Assembly: GCA_963793135.1 (NCBI GenBank)
Contig: CAWBYX010000028.1
Coordinates: 32,765-96,764 of the forward strand
Direction: 5' to 3'
DNA length: 64,000 nucleotides
DNA from: an uncultured Verrucomicrobiae bacterium
GTDB lineage: Bacteria > Verrucomicrobiota > Verrucomicrobiia > Chthoniobacterales > JAFAMB01
Every line of letters starts with the position of its first letter. Within the stretch, counting starts at the first letter, position 1. The translations under genes were made by a program, and so were the position numbers. Positions 28,903 through 38,700 of this stretch are shown one piece after another. The notes beneath the pieces are model-generated. The model did not search any database. It worked only from the letters and a program-made list of their open reading frames with translations, and was not told where the DNA came from.

Positions 28903-29571
28903 ATGTCAGATGTGCAGATGGCAAAAACGCTCTCGTCGGAATGGCGTCCGCAAACATGGCGCGAAGAGGTGGCCAACAGCGTTAGCGCAGGGGTCGGCTT
29001 ACTGGCGGTGATGGCCGGGATCCCTCTGCTGGTCAGTTCTGCGATCCAACGCGGGGACCAATGGAGCCTGGTCGGCGCCATCATTTTCGCCCTGGCTATG
29101 GTTTCCCTCTATCTTGCGTCGACGATCTATCACGCGGTACCGCAGGGCAAGACGAAGGAGTTTTTCCACCTGCTTGACCACTCGGCGATCTACGTTCTGA
29201 TCGCGGGCACTTATACACCTTTCGCGCTCGGAGCCTTACGCGGCGCTTGGGGATGGACGCTGTTCGGGGTAGTCTGGAGTTTGGCCGCACTCGGCATCTG
29301 TTTCAAAGTGTTTGGAGGGTTAAAGTTTCAACGGCTCTCGCTGTTAACCTACCTCGGCATGGGATGGATGGCATTGGCCGCGATTCGTCTTTTTTGGCTT
29401 CATGTCCAGCTCGCCGGATTGCTCTGGATTTTGGCGGGAGGAGTCGCCTACACCTGCGGGGTCTTCTTTTATGTCGCGAAACGGCTTCCGTACGGCCACT
29501 TTATCTGGCATCTGTTTGTGATCGCGGGAACAGCGTGCCATTTTTGCGCTGTCATCTGGTATGCTGGGTAA
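28903..29571 (+). CDS. hemolysin III / PAQR family membrane protein
   Basis: EEVANSVSAGVG...LYLASTIYHA...LDHSAIYVLIAGTYTPF... is the typical HlyIII motif set. ATG at 28903. Confidence 0.85.
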   Translation: MSDVQMAKTLSSEWRPQTWREEVANSVSAGVGLLAVMAGIPLLVSSAIQRGDQWSLVGAIIFALAMVSLYLASTIYHAVPQGKTKEFFHLLDHSAIYVLIAGTYTPFALGALRGAWGWTLFGVVWSLAALGICFKVFGGLKFQRLSLLTYLGMGWMALAAIRLFWLHVQLAGLLWILAGGVAYTCGVFFYVAKRLPYGHFIWHLFVIAGTACHFCAVIWYAG

Positions 29572-29603
29572 TTAGAGGATTTAACCTACATCGAGTGCGG
29601 CGT

Positions 29604-29924
29604 ATGTCTTATCCTGTCGAAAAGCTGATCGAAGAATGGCTGACTGAGAAAGAGTGCGAGGAATTACCCGGAAAAGGCAAACCGCTGGATCTTAACGAGT
29701 ACTTCAGCTGGCCCGAAGATCAGCGGATCGGTCTTTCTCTTCTCAAGAATTCCGGATGCGTGCCTTTCGAGGTTGAACAACTGAGAGAGATCAAGCGGTT
29801 GAGTGATGAGATTGGAAAATGCGCGGATGATCAGGCCAGAATTCGTCTGCAGCGCAGTCTGCAAGAGGAACAAGTCCAACTGAATCTGAGAATCGAGCAG
29901 TCGCGTCGCCGCAGAAGCCGCTGA
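29604..29924 (+). CDS. DUF1992 (DnaJ-C28-like) domain protein
   Basis: LPGKGKPLDLNEYF...LLKNSGCVPFEVEQLREI motif. ATG at 29604 inside the longer ORF. Confidence 0.7.
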   Translation: MSYPVEKLIEEWLTEKECEELPGKGKPLDLNEYFSWPEDQRIGLSLLKNSGCVPFEVEQLREIKRLSDEIGKCADDQARIRLQRSLQEEQVQLNLRIEQSRRRRSR

Positions 29925-29942
29925 CCAGCCAGCGAACTATTC

Positions 29943-31549
29943 ATGCAAGTTACCCCTCCTATCGATGTTCTGGTGGTTGGCGCCGGTCCAGTCGGGCTAA
30001 CAATGGCCTGTGAGCTTGCCCGGAACGGCGTGAACTGCCGAATCATTGATAAAGCGGCGGCGCCAGCCACTACCTCCAGAGCCCTGGCTATCTTTCCTCG
30101 TACACTGGAGATGTTTCAAATCATGGGACTGATCGGCCCAGTGCTCGAGGCGGGTCAACAATTGAACGGTGTCGCTATCTACAATCGCAGCGGTCAAATC
30201 GCCCACATCGGGTTCTGCGGTTTGGCGAGCCGTTATCGGTTCGTGATCAGCCTGCCGCAAAGTGAGACGGAGCGTCTGCTGAGTGAGCATCTGGGCCATT
30301 TTGGGATCGTTGTGGATCGAGCTAAAGAGCTGGTGGCGCTCTCTCAATCGCCCGACGCGGCTCGAGCAGTCATTCGGGACTCGGCAGGAGTTGAAGAGAT
30401 CCTTGAAGCGCGTTGGCTGATTGGTTGCGACGGCGCGCACAGCGGCGTGAGGAATCTATTAGCCGTGCCATTTGAGGGAGACGCTTATCCGGAAACGTTT
30501 CTTCTCGCGGATGTAAAGATGGAGGGTCTCGCTCGATCACATTCACATCCATCTTTTTCTGACGGGGGAAGGGCTGGTCGGGGTTTTCCCATTCCGGAGG
30601 GGACCGGTGCCGGATCATTGTCAGCACGCAGGAAGAATCAGAAAAACAGCCGGTCGGCGATCTCCAGTTTGACGAAATCCAGGCGCTCGTGGAGAGGCGA
30701 ACCAAGTACGGGATACGTCTTACAGATCCGGTTTGGATCTCGCGCTTTCACATCGCTCATCGGAAAATCCCGGAGTTTCGCGTGGGCCGCACTTTTTTCG
30801 CAGGCGATTCTGCGCATGTCCATAGCCCCGCCGGTGGCCAGGGGATGAACACCGGTATCCAAGATGCCATGAACCTCGCATGGAAGCTCGCGCTGGTTGT
30901 TCATCAGAAATCGCCGGAGTCGCTGCTCAACAGTTACAACGAAGAGCGCGAGCCGGTCGCGAAGATGGTCTTGAGCCTCACCGACAGACTCACTCGCATG
31001 GCGAGCGTGCAAGGCGGGCTAGGTCAACAACTCAGGGATGCGCTCATTCCGATGCTGACCGAGATTCATTTGGTGGAAGATCGAATTGCGGAAACGATGG
31101 CAGAGATCGGGATTCACTACCGTCGAAGTTCCAATGTGTCTGGTAAGACTGGACACACCCTGCACGCCGGCGACCGCGCGCCAGACTGTGAATTCCAGGG
31201 CCAAGCAGGATTGGAGCCGCTTCGATTATTCGATCTCTTTCGCGAGCCAGTTTATCACCTTCTGCTTTTTGCCGGCGCGGATGCCGAGGTGGCATCGAAA
31301 TTCAAAGTCTTGCGTGATGAGATCCGACAGGATTTCAAGGGGTTGATCGAGGCTTTGGTGGTGATTCGGGCCGCGCGGGCCGAGATGTCTGATGCCCTCA
31401 TCGATTCGGACGGCGCAGCGTACGCTCTTTACGAAGCGGAACCGAGCGCCATCGTATTGATTCGGCCGGACGGTTACATCGGGTTCAGGGGCGGTGCGCG
31501 GCACGCCGAAGCACTGCGCGAGTATCTCGCGGGTATTTTGACAGGCTAG
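29943..31549 (+). pseudogene. FAD-dependent aromatic-ring monooxygenase (UbiH/PheA-like) with two +1 frameshifts
   Basis: DVLVVGAGPVGL (dinucleotide fold) and CDGAHSGVR lie in frame 1. LDHIHIHLFLTGEGLVGVFPF lies in frame 2. GGDRCRIIVSTQEESEK...FFAGDSAHVHSPAGGQGMNTGIQDAMNLAWKL lies in frame 3. The shifts are at about 30531 and 30595. Confidence 0.8.
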
Positions 31550-31628
31550 AATTTACACTTCTAACAATGCCGGATTACTTGTAGCGCAACATGCAAATCC
31601 TCCCTGCGATTTGGCCGTCCGATTTGAA

Positions 31629-32123
31629 ATGAAATATTTCATTCTGCTCATCATTGCGCCCGCATTTTTCAGCTGTGCATTAACGCCAAACGTCAACACG
31701 AGAAAGGCAGGCCGACCTTGGAATTACTATGGCGATCTGGGGAGCGTGTATCAAGATCAGACCCAAGGTGCCAAGGCCCAATTGGTCTGGTTGGATCAAG
31801 TCAGTTTTCAAAGAGTCGAGCAAAGTGCTTTTCAAACGACCGTTCAAGCCTTCATGAAACAGGGGTATCGAAAGATCGGATTGATTTCGGTCCGATCGGC
31901 TCATTTCGTCGACCCGTACGAGATTAAAAAATTAGCCGCCGACAGAGGAGCGAACATGATCGTTGGTTGCTGGTTCGCGGGTTATGAGACGAGAACCGGA
32001 TTCTGGTCGTACCAGTATTGGTATCAGCTTCTCGACAAGCCCGCTCCGACGCCTCAACCTGCTGTTCCGCAGGCGCCTGTTGTGGCCCCAACACCTCCAA
32101 ACCGGGCTAGTCCGCTCTATTAG
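31629..32123 (+). CDS. hypothetical lipoprotein
   Basis: MKYFILLIIAPAFFSCA lipobox-like signal. No recognised domain. Confidence 0.5.
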   Translation: MKYFILLIIAPAFFSCALTPNVNTRKAGRPWNYYGDLGSVYQDQTQGAKAQLVWLDQVSFQRVEQSAFQTTVQAFMKQGYRKIGLISVRSAHFVDPYEIKKLAADRGANMIVGCWFAGYETRTGFWSYQYWYQLLDKPAPTPQPAVPQAPVVAPTPPNRASPLY

Positions 32124-32141
32124 AGTTTAAAGGGGCATCCT

Positions 32142-32858
32142 ATGTTTCGCTTCATTTATTGGCCGATATCGATCACCGTTTCTCTTGTTCTCTTCTTAGG
32201 CGGTTGTGCTCAAACACCGGCTCCATCGGCTGGCGCTGGTCATTTTTCGACAGTGGTCATAGATGCCGGTCACGGCGGAAAAGATAGCGGCGGCGTGAGT
32301 GGCCAAAGAGCACCGATTTTTTTGAAGGAAAAGGACTTAACGCTCGAGACGGCGAAGCTGGTGCAAGCGGAATTACGCCGCGCCGGAGTGAGGGTCGTCA
32401 TGATGCGCGAGGACGATCATTTTGTGGAGCTGGATGATCGAGTTCGTTTTGCGAACCGACAAGGTCGCGGAGCGGTACTCGTGAGCATTCATTACGATGC
32501 GGTGTCCAATCAAGCGATGCACGGAGCAAAGACTTTTTACTGGAGAGCTGACAGTCACGGGCTGGCGACGCGCATACAACAGCAGCTCGTTGCGTCGACG
32601 GACGAAACCGATCAGGGGGTGATGCGGCGTCGCTTGAGACTGACCCGCAATCCGGAGATCCCATGCGTCCTCTGTGAGTGTGCCTACATCACCAATCCTG
32701 CGGAAGCTCGGAAAGTGGCTACCGAGAGTTACCGGCAGCGAATCGCGCACGGCATCGCACAAGGCATCTTGGAAGAGCGCAGACTCGGCGATGCCGGCAT
32801 CGCGCCGGTTCCAGAGATTTATGCTCCGCTTTCGAAAGGCTCGGACAAGAGAATATGA
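32142..32858 (+). CDS. N-acetylmuramoyl-L-alanine amidase (Amidase_3)
   Basis: VVIDAGHGGKDSGG...SIHYDA...E(C)AYITN motifs, with a lipoprotein-type signal (FLGGC). Confidence 0.85.
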   Translation: MFRFIYWPISITVSLVLFLGGCAQTPAPSAGAGHFSTVVIDAGHGGKDSGGVSGQRAPIFLKEKDLTLETAKLVQAELRRAGVRVVMMREDDHFVELDDRVRFANRQGRGAVLVSIHYDAVSNQAMHGAKTFYWRADSHGLATRIQQQLVASTDETDQGVMRRRLRLTRNPEIPCVLCECAYITNPAEARKVATESYRQRIAHGIAQGILEERRLGDAGIAPVPEIYAPLSKGSDKRI

Positions 32859-32922
32859 GGCAGGAGCCAGGAGGCAGGGAGGCAGAATTCAGAATTCAGG
32901 ATTCAGAATTCAGGAGTCAGAA
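32859..32922. repeat. heptamer microsatellite array (GRAKTCA)n
   Basis: GAATTCA GAATTCA GGATTCA GAATTCA GGAGTCA, directly after the amidase stop. Confidence 0.8.
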
Positions 32923-33200
32923 GCCGCCTGACTTTTGACATCTGGCTACTTGGCTGCTGAGCCTGTTAAGGTCTGTTCATGGACCAGGATCTAAGGCCTT
33001 AGCCTTGGCAGAAAGTTACGTCGGACCAGCCTGCGACGTGACCCTATCAATCAGTCGTTCGAATCAGCCTGCGCCGAATCTTCCCGCTGGTCAGCCAATG
33101 GGCGTTCCCAGGGTTAACCCGAGGTCTAAAGACCAGAGAGCAAACGATTTTGAATGCCGCGTCCGCTGAACCCGTATAAAAAGATGACCCCGTTTAACAG

Positions 33201-33539
33201 ATGAAGCCCGTTCTGACTTTGACTACCCTCTTCTTGGCGTTCGTTTTATCAGGGTTTCCCGTTGCCGCGCAGGAGCATGTGGACGTTCCGCTTCCTCCCT
33301 ACGATGCCCCTCCGAAGGCGTCTCATCATAGTGAGACTTCTACTGATGAACCTTCAGGTGCTCCCCAGAAGACGCATGCGCAATCTAAGGTCTCGACGCG
33401 ATCCCATTCAAAACCCCAAGCGAAGAAAAGCAGCAGCACCCACCGCAAAAAGCAGAATAAGAGCAAAAAGAAAAGTAAGAATAAAAAGAAGAGTAAGAGC
33501 CGGCACCACGGCTTTTTCCATTGGCCCTGGCAACATTGA
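33201..33539 (+). CDS. secreted Lys/Ser-rich small protein
   Basis: Signal peptide MKPVLTLTTLFLAFVLSGFPVAAQ, then a K/S-rich tail. No family recognised. Confidence 0.45.
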   Translation: MKPVLTLTTLFLAFVLSGFPVAAQEHVDVPLPPYDAPPKASHHSETSTDEPSGAPQKTHAQSKVSTRSHSKPQAKKSSSTHRKKQNKSKKKSKNKKKSKSRHHGFFHWPWQH

Positions 33540-33962
33540 TTAACGATTGCGCTGCTCGGCTGGAGCCCAACGAAAGGGAAACTTAGGTCGGGAAATAGTG
33601 TCTCCGGTCTCGGAAACAGACCACTTGGGAAGGTTGCAATGGAAACATCGGCCGCCAAAAAGACTGCGATAGAACGCAGCCCGGAAAAATGCCTGCCCGC
33701 ATCGGGGACACTTCCAGTTTGCCAGCCAGGCAGCCAGGAAGAAGTAAGTGACAAAGGTCAAGGCAAAGAAAAATCCCGGAACGAAAAACGAGAACCGGAT
33801 TTCGAGTATGGCGACGAAGAAGAGACAAAAGACCGCGAGGCGTCGCCGGCGGTACGAAGTCCAGGCGGTCGCATACTGCGGATCAACCCATGCACCGCGA
33901 TATTCGCTGGAGCTATTTTGCAATTTGAATGCCTTCATTCGAAAGAAAACTAGAGCCGCCAC
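33540..33962 (-). CDS. membrane protein with C-terminal zinc-ribbon (CPRC...CFHC)
   Basis: Two hydrophobic helices followed by WKCPRCGQAF...GRCFHCNLP. Its stop codon abuts the stop of the convergent ORF 33201-33539. Confidence 0.45.
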   Translation of the reverse strand: MAALVFFRMKAFKLQNSSSEYRGAWVDPQYATAWTSYRRRRLAVFCLFFVAILEIRFSFFVPGFFFALTFVTYFFLAAWLANWKCPRCGQAFFRAAFYRSLFGGRCFHCNLPKWSVSETGDTISRPKFPFRWAPAEQRNR

Positions 33963-33981
33963 TCCGGGGAGGCCGGCAGGC

Positions 33982-35361
33982 TTATGAGAGACTCAAGGTC
34001 TGATCCAGCCAATCGAAAATTCTTTGAGTGCGGAGACCGGCGATTTTCGGCTCGCACTGCAGGTCGCCGCCTTCTGCCAAGGTGAATTTCATAAGTGTCT
34101 TTGGACTGGAAAGAGCATCGTACATTTTCTGAGATTGCCCGGGCCAGCACTGCTCGCCCTCAGGCTCCGTAATCAGAATCGGGCACCGGATCTGATTCGC
34201 AACGCCGTCCAGATTATATTCCTGCACCGCTTTAAACGCCTGGTAGGCGGAAGGTTGGCCAAGGGGACGCGTACGAAGGAGGAGAGCCGAAGCCGCTCTT
34301 GGGTTCGATCTGAGGACAACGCTGATGAGATTGTCGAATCTGGCCTGACTTGGTGTCGTCAGCAGATCAAGTGCCGGTTTCGGCAGCATTCGGGTCCAAG
34401 CGGTCGAGACATCCCAAACGCCGGGGTCTGCGACACACGCGGCCAGACGGGGTTCAAATGCGGCTGCGCGCGGAGCCCAGTATCCGCCCTCGCTGATGCC
34501 AAGTAGAGCGATCCGGCTTGGATCGACCTCGCGACGGATGAGCAGATAATCCAACAAAGGGGAGATCACCTTTTCCCAATCTGGCCGGGAGTGAAGATTT
34601 TGCTTCAACAATGCTGTTCCCTGACCGGGGCCGTAGAAAGTATAGGCGTTGTATCCCCGATCAAGCGCTGCTGCCACGCCCATGGTCCAGGCGGAAATCA
34701 TTCCTCCTTCATAGCCATTGTTCAGGATCAGAAGTGGTCGCTGTTTCCCGGAATTGTCGATCCTGAAAAGGTATCCCGGCAGTGTGGTTTTCTCGTAAGG
34801 AAACGGCAAGTAATCGACCGGCGGATCACGTAGCGCGGCGGCTTTGTCCCAAAGATCTTGATGCCGAAGCCAGTTGAAAGCAAAGGCATCGGGAGCCGTC
34901 GCCGGGTTAATGAAATAGGTGGAAGCGAAGATATAATTCGCGGCCTGCATATAGGCTTCTCGAGCGCTGACCCTGAGCTTGTTCCGTGCGGAAGTCTCGG
35001 CGATTGCTGAAAGGCGATCTCCGGCGGCAAGCAACGCTCGAAACGCACTCGGTCGGTCGCCATCTATAATTTGGTCGGCGATAGTCAGGCACGTCCCGAT
35101 ATCCGCAGCTCGATAGTAAGCGGCGCCCAGCATACGCTGGAACACGTCGTTGATGTCCGGGTCCTCGAAAAAATGAGACGCTTTCCTGAGTTTTGGCCGG
35201 AGCACCTCGTCGAATTTCTGCGAAGGGGACAAGTCGGTTACCGACGGCGCCGGTGATGACAGATGAACTTTCTCCGCCGGAACCGAAGCAATCTGTCGCG
35301 ACGCTACGGGAGCTGCTGCAGCGAGTGCGGCTGTGGCCTTGAGGAACTCTCGTCTTTTCAT
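33982..35361 (-). CDS. Tat-exported alpha/beta hydrolase
   Basis: Twin-arginine signal MKRREFLKATAALAAAAP. Nucleophile elbow GISEGG. ATG at 35361. Confidence 0.7.
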   Translation of the reverse strand: MKRREFLKATAALAAAAPVASRQIASVPAEKVHLSSPAPSVTDLSPSQKFDEVLRPKLRKASHFFEDPDINDVFQRMLGAAYYRAADIGTCLTIADQIIDGDRPSAFRALLAAGDRLSAIAETSARNKLRVSAREAYMQAANYIFASTYFINPATAPDAFAFNWLRHQDLWDKAAALRDPPVDYLPFPYEKTTLPGYLFRIDNSGKQRPLLILNNGYEGGMISAWTMGVAAALDRGYNAYTFYGPGQGTALLKQNLHSRPDWEKVISPLLDYLLIRREVDPSRIALLGISEGGYWAPRAAAFEPRLAACVADPGVWDVSTAWTRMLPKPALDLLTTPSQARFDNLISVVLRSNPRAASALLLRTRPLGQPSAYQAFKAVQEYNLDGVANQIRCPILITEPEGEQCWPGQSQKMYDALSSPKTLMKFTLAEGGDLQCEPKIAGLRTQRIFDWLDQTLSLS

Positions 35362-35426
35362 CTCGGTGAGTCCCCAAAAAGCGGAGCCCAAGGGATACAG
35401 TTTTTAAATGGACGGCTGTAACCGTG

Positions 35427-36386
35427 TCAAGAGCTTGACCCGTTGTTTCCCGAAGAGGCGCTGGCTTCGTTCAATTTGCGTAGTTCGGCATCGCTGAGCC
35501 GCACCTCCGAAACTCGCAAAAGCTCCGGAAGCTGGTCGGTGGTGCGCGCGCTGGCAATCGGGGCGGCGACAGTGGGTTGGGCCGCCAGCCAGGCGAGCGC
35601 GATGGTGGCAACTGCGGCGTGGTGCGTGGTCGCAACCTCGTCGAGAGCGGCGAGGACCTTAATCCCTTTCTCGTTCAGGTAAGCGCTCGCTGTTTCTGCT
35701 CGCTTGCTCTGAATTTTGGTGCCTGGCCGGTATTTACCTGTCAAAAACCCAGAGGCAAGTGCGAAGTAAGGTAACGACGACAACCGTTCGCTGGCCACCA
35801 AGTCCGCAAGTTCTCCCTCGTATTTGTGGCGTTCCATGAGGTTGTAATGTTGTTGGAGAGCCACATATCGGGCAAATCCTTCACGATCAGAAACCGACAG
35901 CGCTTTGGCGAGTCTGGGGGCGGAATAGTTGGAAGCGGCGATGTACCGTAGTTTACCTTCGCGGACAAGCGCATCAAAAGCGCCCAGAGTTTCTTCCAGT
36001 GGCGTTTGTTCGTCGTCCGCGTGTGCGTAGTACAGATCGATATAATCGGTGCCGAGTCGTTTCAGAGAGTTTTCTGCGGCAAGCCGAATGGTCTTCGCGG
36101 AGAGTCCTTGAAATTGAGGATGCTTCCCAACTTTGGTGGCGATAATTGTCTGGTCCCGCTTTCCCCTCTTAGCAATCCAGCGTCCGAGAATAGTCTCCGA
36201 TTCTCCGCCTGAATTCCCGGGTGCCCACGCGGAATAGACGTCTGCAGTATCGATAAAATTACCGCCTGCTGCCGCGTAGGCGTCCAGCACGGCAAACGAC
36301 TCTTCTTCACTGGAAGTCCACCCAAACACGTTTCCTCCAAGCGCGACTGGGTAAACATCGAGATCGGTCGAACTGATTTTTGGCAT
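35427..36386 (-). CDS. aldo/keto reductase
   Basis: 319 aa. GGNFIDTADVYS...YIDLYYAH...IAASNYS are typical AKR signatures. Confidence 0.9.
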   Translation of the reverse strand: MPKISSTDLDVYPVALGGNVFGWTSSEEESFAVLDAYAAAGGNFIDTADVYSAWAPGNSGGESETILGRWIAKRGKRDQTIIATKVGKHPQFQGLSAKTIRLAAENSLKRLGTDYIDLYYAHADDEQTPLEETLGAFDALVREGKLRYIAASNYSAPRLAKALSVSDREGFARYVALQQHYNLMERHKYEGELADLVASERLSSLPYFALASGFLTGKYRPGTKIQSKRAETASAYLNEKGIKVLAALDEVATTHHAAVATIALAWLAAQPTVAAPIASARTTDQLPELLRVSEVRLSDAELRKLNEASASSGNNGSSS

Positions 36387-36411
36387 ATATGCGAAGCTAG
36401 TCTATGGAGTT

Positions 36412-36566
36412 GTCAGTGTCAGTTCCATTCAGGATTCAGGATTCAGGATTCAGGAGTCAGGAGTCAGAAGGGAGAAAAAATGCCAATCGCGGACGACAAA
36501 CTCGGTTATTCCTATTTTGTAACTCCTGCAACTCTTGACTCCTGAATCCCGATTTGTCAGTGCTGA
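36412..36566. repeat. microsatellite-armed inverted repeat (empty cassette)
   Basis: Left arm is GTCAGTGTCAGT plus (CAGGAKT)x5-6 (36427-36468), then a loop of about 50 nt. Right arm is AACTCCTGCAACTCTTGACTCCTGAATCC (36521-36549) plus TGTCAGTGCTGA. Confidence 0.8.
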
Positions 36567-37339
36567 TCCAATGCGGCTTCGACGGCACTCGGAAAGATCT
36601 CTGTGACCTCGCCTTCCAACCGAAGAGAAACGCACGGCTGGTCATCCTGGTCGGTCACTCCGCGATTGATGATGACGTACGGAACCCCTCGATTTGCGGC
36701 CAGCAGGGGAAACGAGGCCGCCGGATGAACCGAGAGCGTCGATCCAAGCGCCACCACGAGATCAGCTCTCCGCGCGGCTTCACCGGCGCGCTTCAGAGTG
36801 AGGGGATCGAGACTTTGTCCGAAACTAATGGTCGCCGGTTTCAGGTATCCGCCGCATTGGCAGAGCGGCGGCTTGCGATGAATTCGAAAATGTTCAAAAT
36901 GGGGCTCCGGGTTGCCACGCCAAAGACAAGTTTGACATTCCACAAAGAGGTTTGTGCCGTGCAATTCGATCAGGCGGCGGCTATCAGAACCCGCAAGAGC
37001 GTGCAACCCATCGATGTTTTGGGTCAGCACGGCACTCACTTTACCCGCATTTTCCAGTGTGACGATGGCATGGTGGACCGGGTTTGGTCGCGCTGCGCGA
37101 AATGCCGGCCATGCCTCGAGCTTGTAATCCCAGTGCTCGACTCGCGCTGACTCCGAAGTCATGAAGTCCTGGTAATAGACAGGCTGGCGACGTTTCCACA
37201 CGCCGTTTGGCCCACGGAAATCCGGGATCCCGCTTCCGGTCGAAATTCCGGCGCCGGTAAAGATCATGATACGGTCCGAGGCTCGGAGGTAAGCGGCCAG
37301 CTTTTGCAGCTCAGCGGTCATCACAGGGAATTCCGCCAC
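36557..37339 (-). CDS. cobB: NAD-dependent protein deacylase (Sir2/CobB family)
   Basis: GAGISTGSGIPDFRGPNGVW, LHG..., and zinc-binding CQTC...CQCGG. GTG start at 37339, or the ATG at 37321. Confidence 0.85.
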   Translation of the reverse strand: MAEFPVMTAELQKLAAYLRASDRIMIFTGAGISTGSGIPDFRGPNGVWKRRQPVYYQDFMTSESARVEHWDYKLEAWPAFRAARPNPVHHAIVTLENAGKVSAVLTQNIDGLHALAGSDSRRLIELHGTNLFVECQTCLWRGNPEPHFEHFRIHRKPPLCQCGGYLKPATISFGQSLDPLTLKRAGEAARRADLVVALGSTLSVHPAASFPLLAANRGVPYVIINRGVTDQDDQPCVSLRLEGEVTEIFPSAVEAALDQH

Positions 37340-37378
37340 TCGATCCGAATTCCGCCAACACTCAAGATACCTAACAAA

Positions 37379-37978
37379 TCAGGGCGACGGATTATTGATC
37401 GAATTGGCGAAGATTTTGAGATCTTTTTCGACGATGTCTGGAGACTGGCGTCCATAGTCCGGGCTTAGATAATCCGGAAGGGTGGCAGCTTCATTCTTCG
37501 GGTCGGTGAGCAAACTGAACGTCAGGCCTCTGAAGATTTGGAAGGGTTGATACGATTCGAGCTGCTTTTTGTGTGCCTCATCTTTTTCGGCCTGCTGTCT
37601 CTGAAGCTCTTTCTGAGCGAATGTTTCGGTCCTGGTAGGTTCCTGGGGATTGGTAAAATCCGCCTTCTGTTCGCCGATAACTGTTAAGGCAGGAAGATCA
37701 ATCGCCTTGGTAAGGTTTTTCGAGTATTTTTCCCGGTCGGCCGGTTGGAGTTGGGACAGTGAAAACTGGAATTCGCCCTCTTTGCTCTGGATCATTACCG
37801 AAGAAGAACTGCGACTCAATACCTGGATATCATGGTAGGTTTTGCCGGTAGTGGTGGTCAGATCTTCACCGTGGGCGGTAACAATCGCGCCAATGGTGCT
37901 GAGAAGAACCAAAGCAGTCTTCCGGAGCCCGATCCTCGTTGTCGGATTGGAGTCGCAATCGCATGGAGATCGGTGCAC
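37379..37978 (-). CDS. secreted hypothetical protein
   Basis: 199-aa ORF with an N-terminal hydrophobic signal (LVLLSTIGAIVTAHG). No recognised domain. Confidence 0.5.
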   Translation of the reverse strand: MHRSPCDCDSNPTTRIGLRKTALVLLSTIGAIVTAHGEDLTTTTGKTYHDIQVLSRSSSSVMIQSKEGEFQFSLSQLQPADREKYSKNLTKAIDLPALTVIGEQKADFTNPQEPTRTETFAQKELQRQQAEKDEAHKKQLESYQPFQIFRGLTFSLLTDPKNEAATLPDYLSPDYGRQSPDIVEKDLKIFANSINNPSP

Positions 37979-38040
37979 GCCGGAAATCCTACGCGCGAAT
38001 CGAATTTCAAACCAGCTAAAATCTGAGAGAGATTTGCTAT

Positions 38041-38565
38041 ATGCTCAGCAAGAACCGAATGATTGCAGGAAAGACAGACATCACCCAATTGAGCGTCGAG
38101 GCAATCGTGAACGCCGCCAACGTCTCATTGCTTGGCGGTGGTGGTGTGGACGGCGCGATCCATCGTGCCGCCGGTCCCGAGTTACTGGACGAGTGCCGGA
38201 CTCTCGGCGGATGCAAAACGGGCGCGGCAAAAATCACGAAGGGCTATCGATTGCCGGCGAGATGGGTCATCCACACAGTGGGACCGGTGTGGCATGGGGG
38301 AACACGAAATGAACCCGAACTCCTGGCCAGTTGCTACAGATCCTGCCTAAAAATAGCAGCTGAATATCAACTCCGAAGCCTGGCTTTTCCGGCGATCAGT
38401 TGCGGGGTGTACGGATACCCAATCGATCAAGCGGTAGAAATCGCAGTTCGCGAAATTGCGGTCGGGCTAGAAACAAATAAATCGCTGGAAAGTGTGTACT
38501 TTTCCTGTTTTGGGGAAGAGATCTATTCCGCTTACAAATCACGGTTGGGCCAGTTGGCAACGTAG
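38041..38565 (+). CDS. macro-domain O-acetyl-ADP-ribose deacetylase (YmdB-like)
   Basis: [34 protein letters not shown]...[12 protein letters not shown]. Confidence 0.85.
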   Translation: MLSKNRMIAGKTDITQLSVEAIVNAANVSLLGGGGVDGAIHRAAGPELLDECRTLGGCKTGAAKITKGYRLPARWVIHTVGPVWHGGTRNEPELLASCYRSCLKIAAEYQLRSLAFPAISCGVYGYPIDQAVEIAVREIAVGLETNKSLESVYFSCFGEEIYSAYKSRLGQLAT

Positions 38566-38700
38566 TGTGGATTGCCATGCGGCTTGCGCCGCATTGGTCG
38601 GGAAGGAAGAAGGCATCGGACAAAGGTCGCGGAGGACACGGAGGGGTTTAACAGTATGAGCGCTGTTTACAGGCGGGTGCGGTTGTTGTAACGATTGACG

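Noticed and set aside
36557-37339. The Sir2 gene as a possible anti-phage (Sir2-effector) system.
   Set aside because: It is a canonical CobB-type sirtuin of about 260 aa with the zinc-ribbon cysteines, and it has no associated sensor or effector partner.
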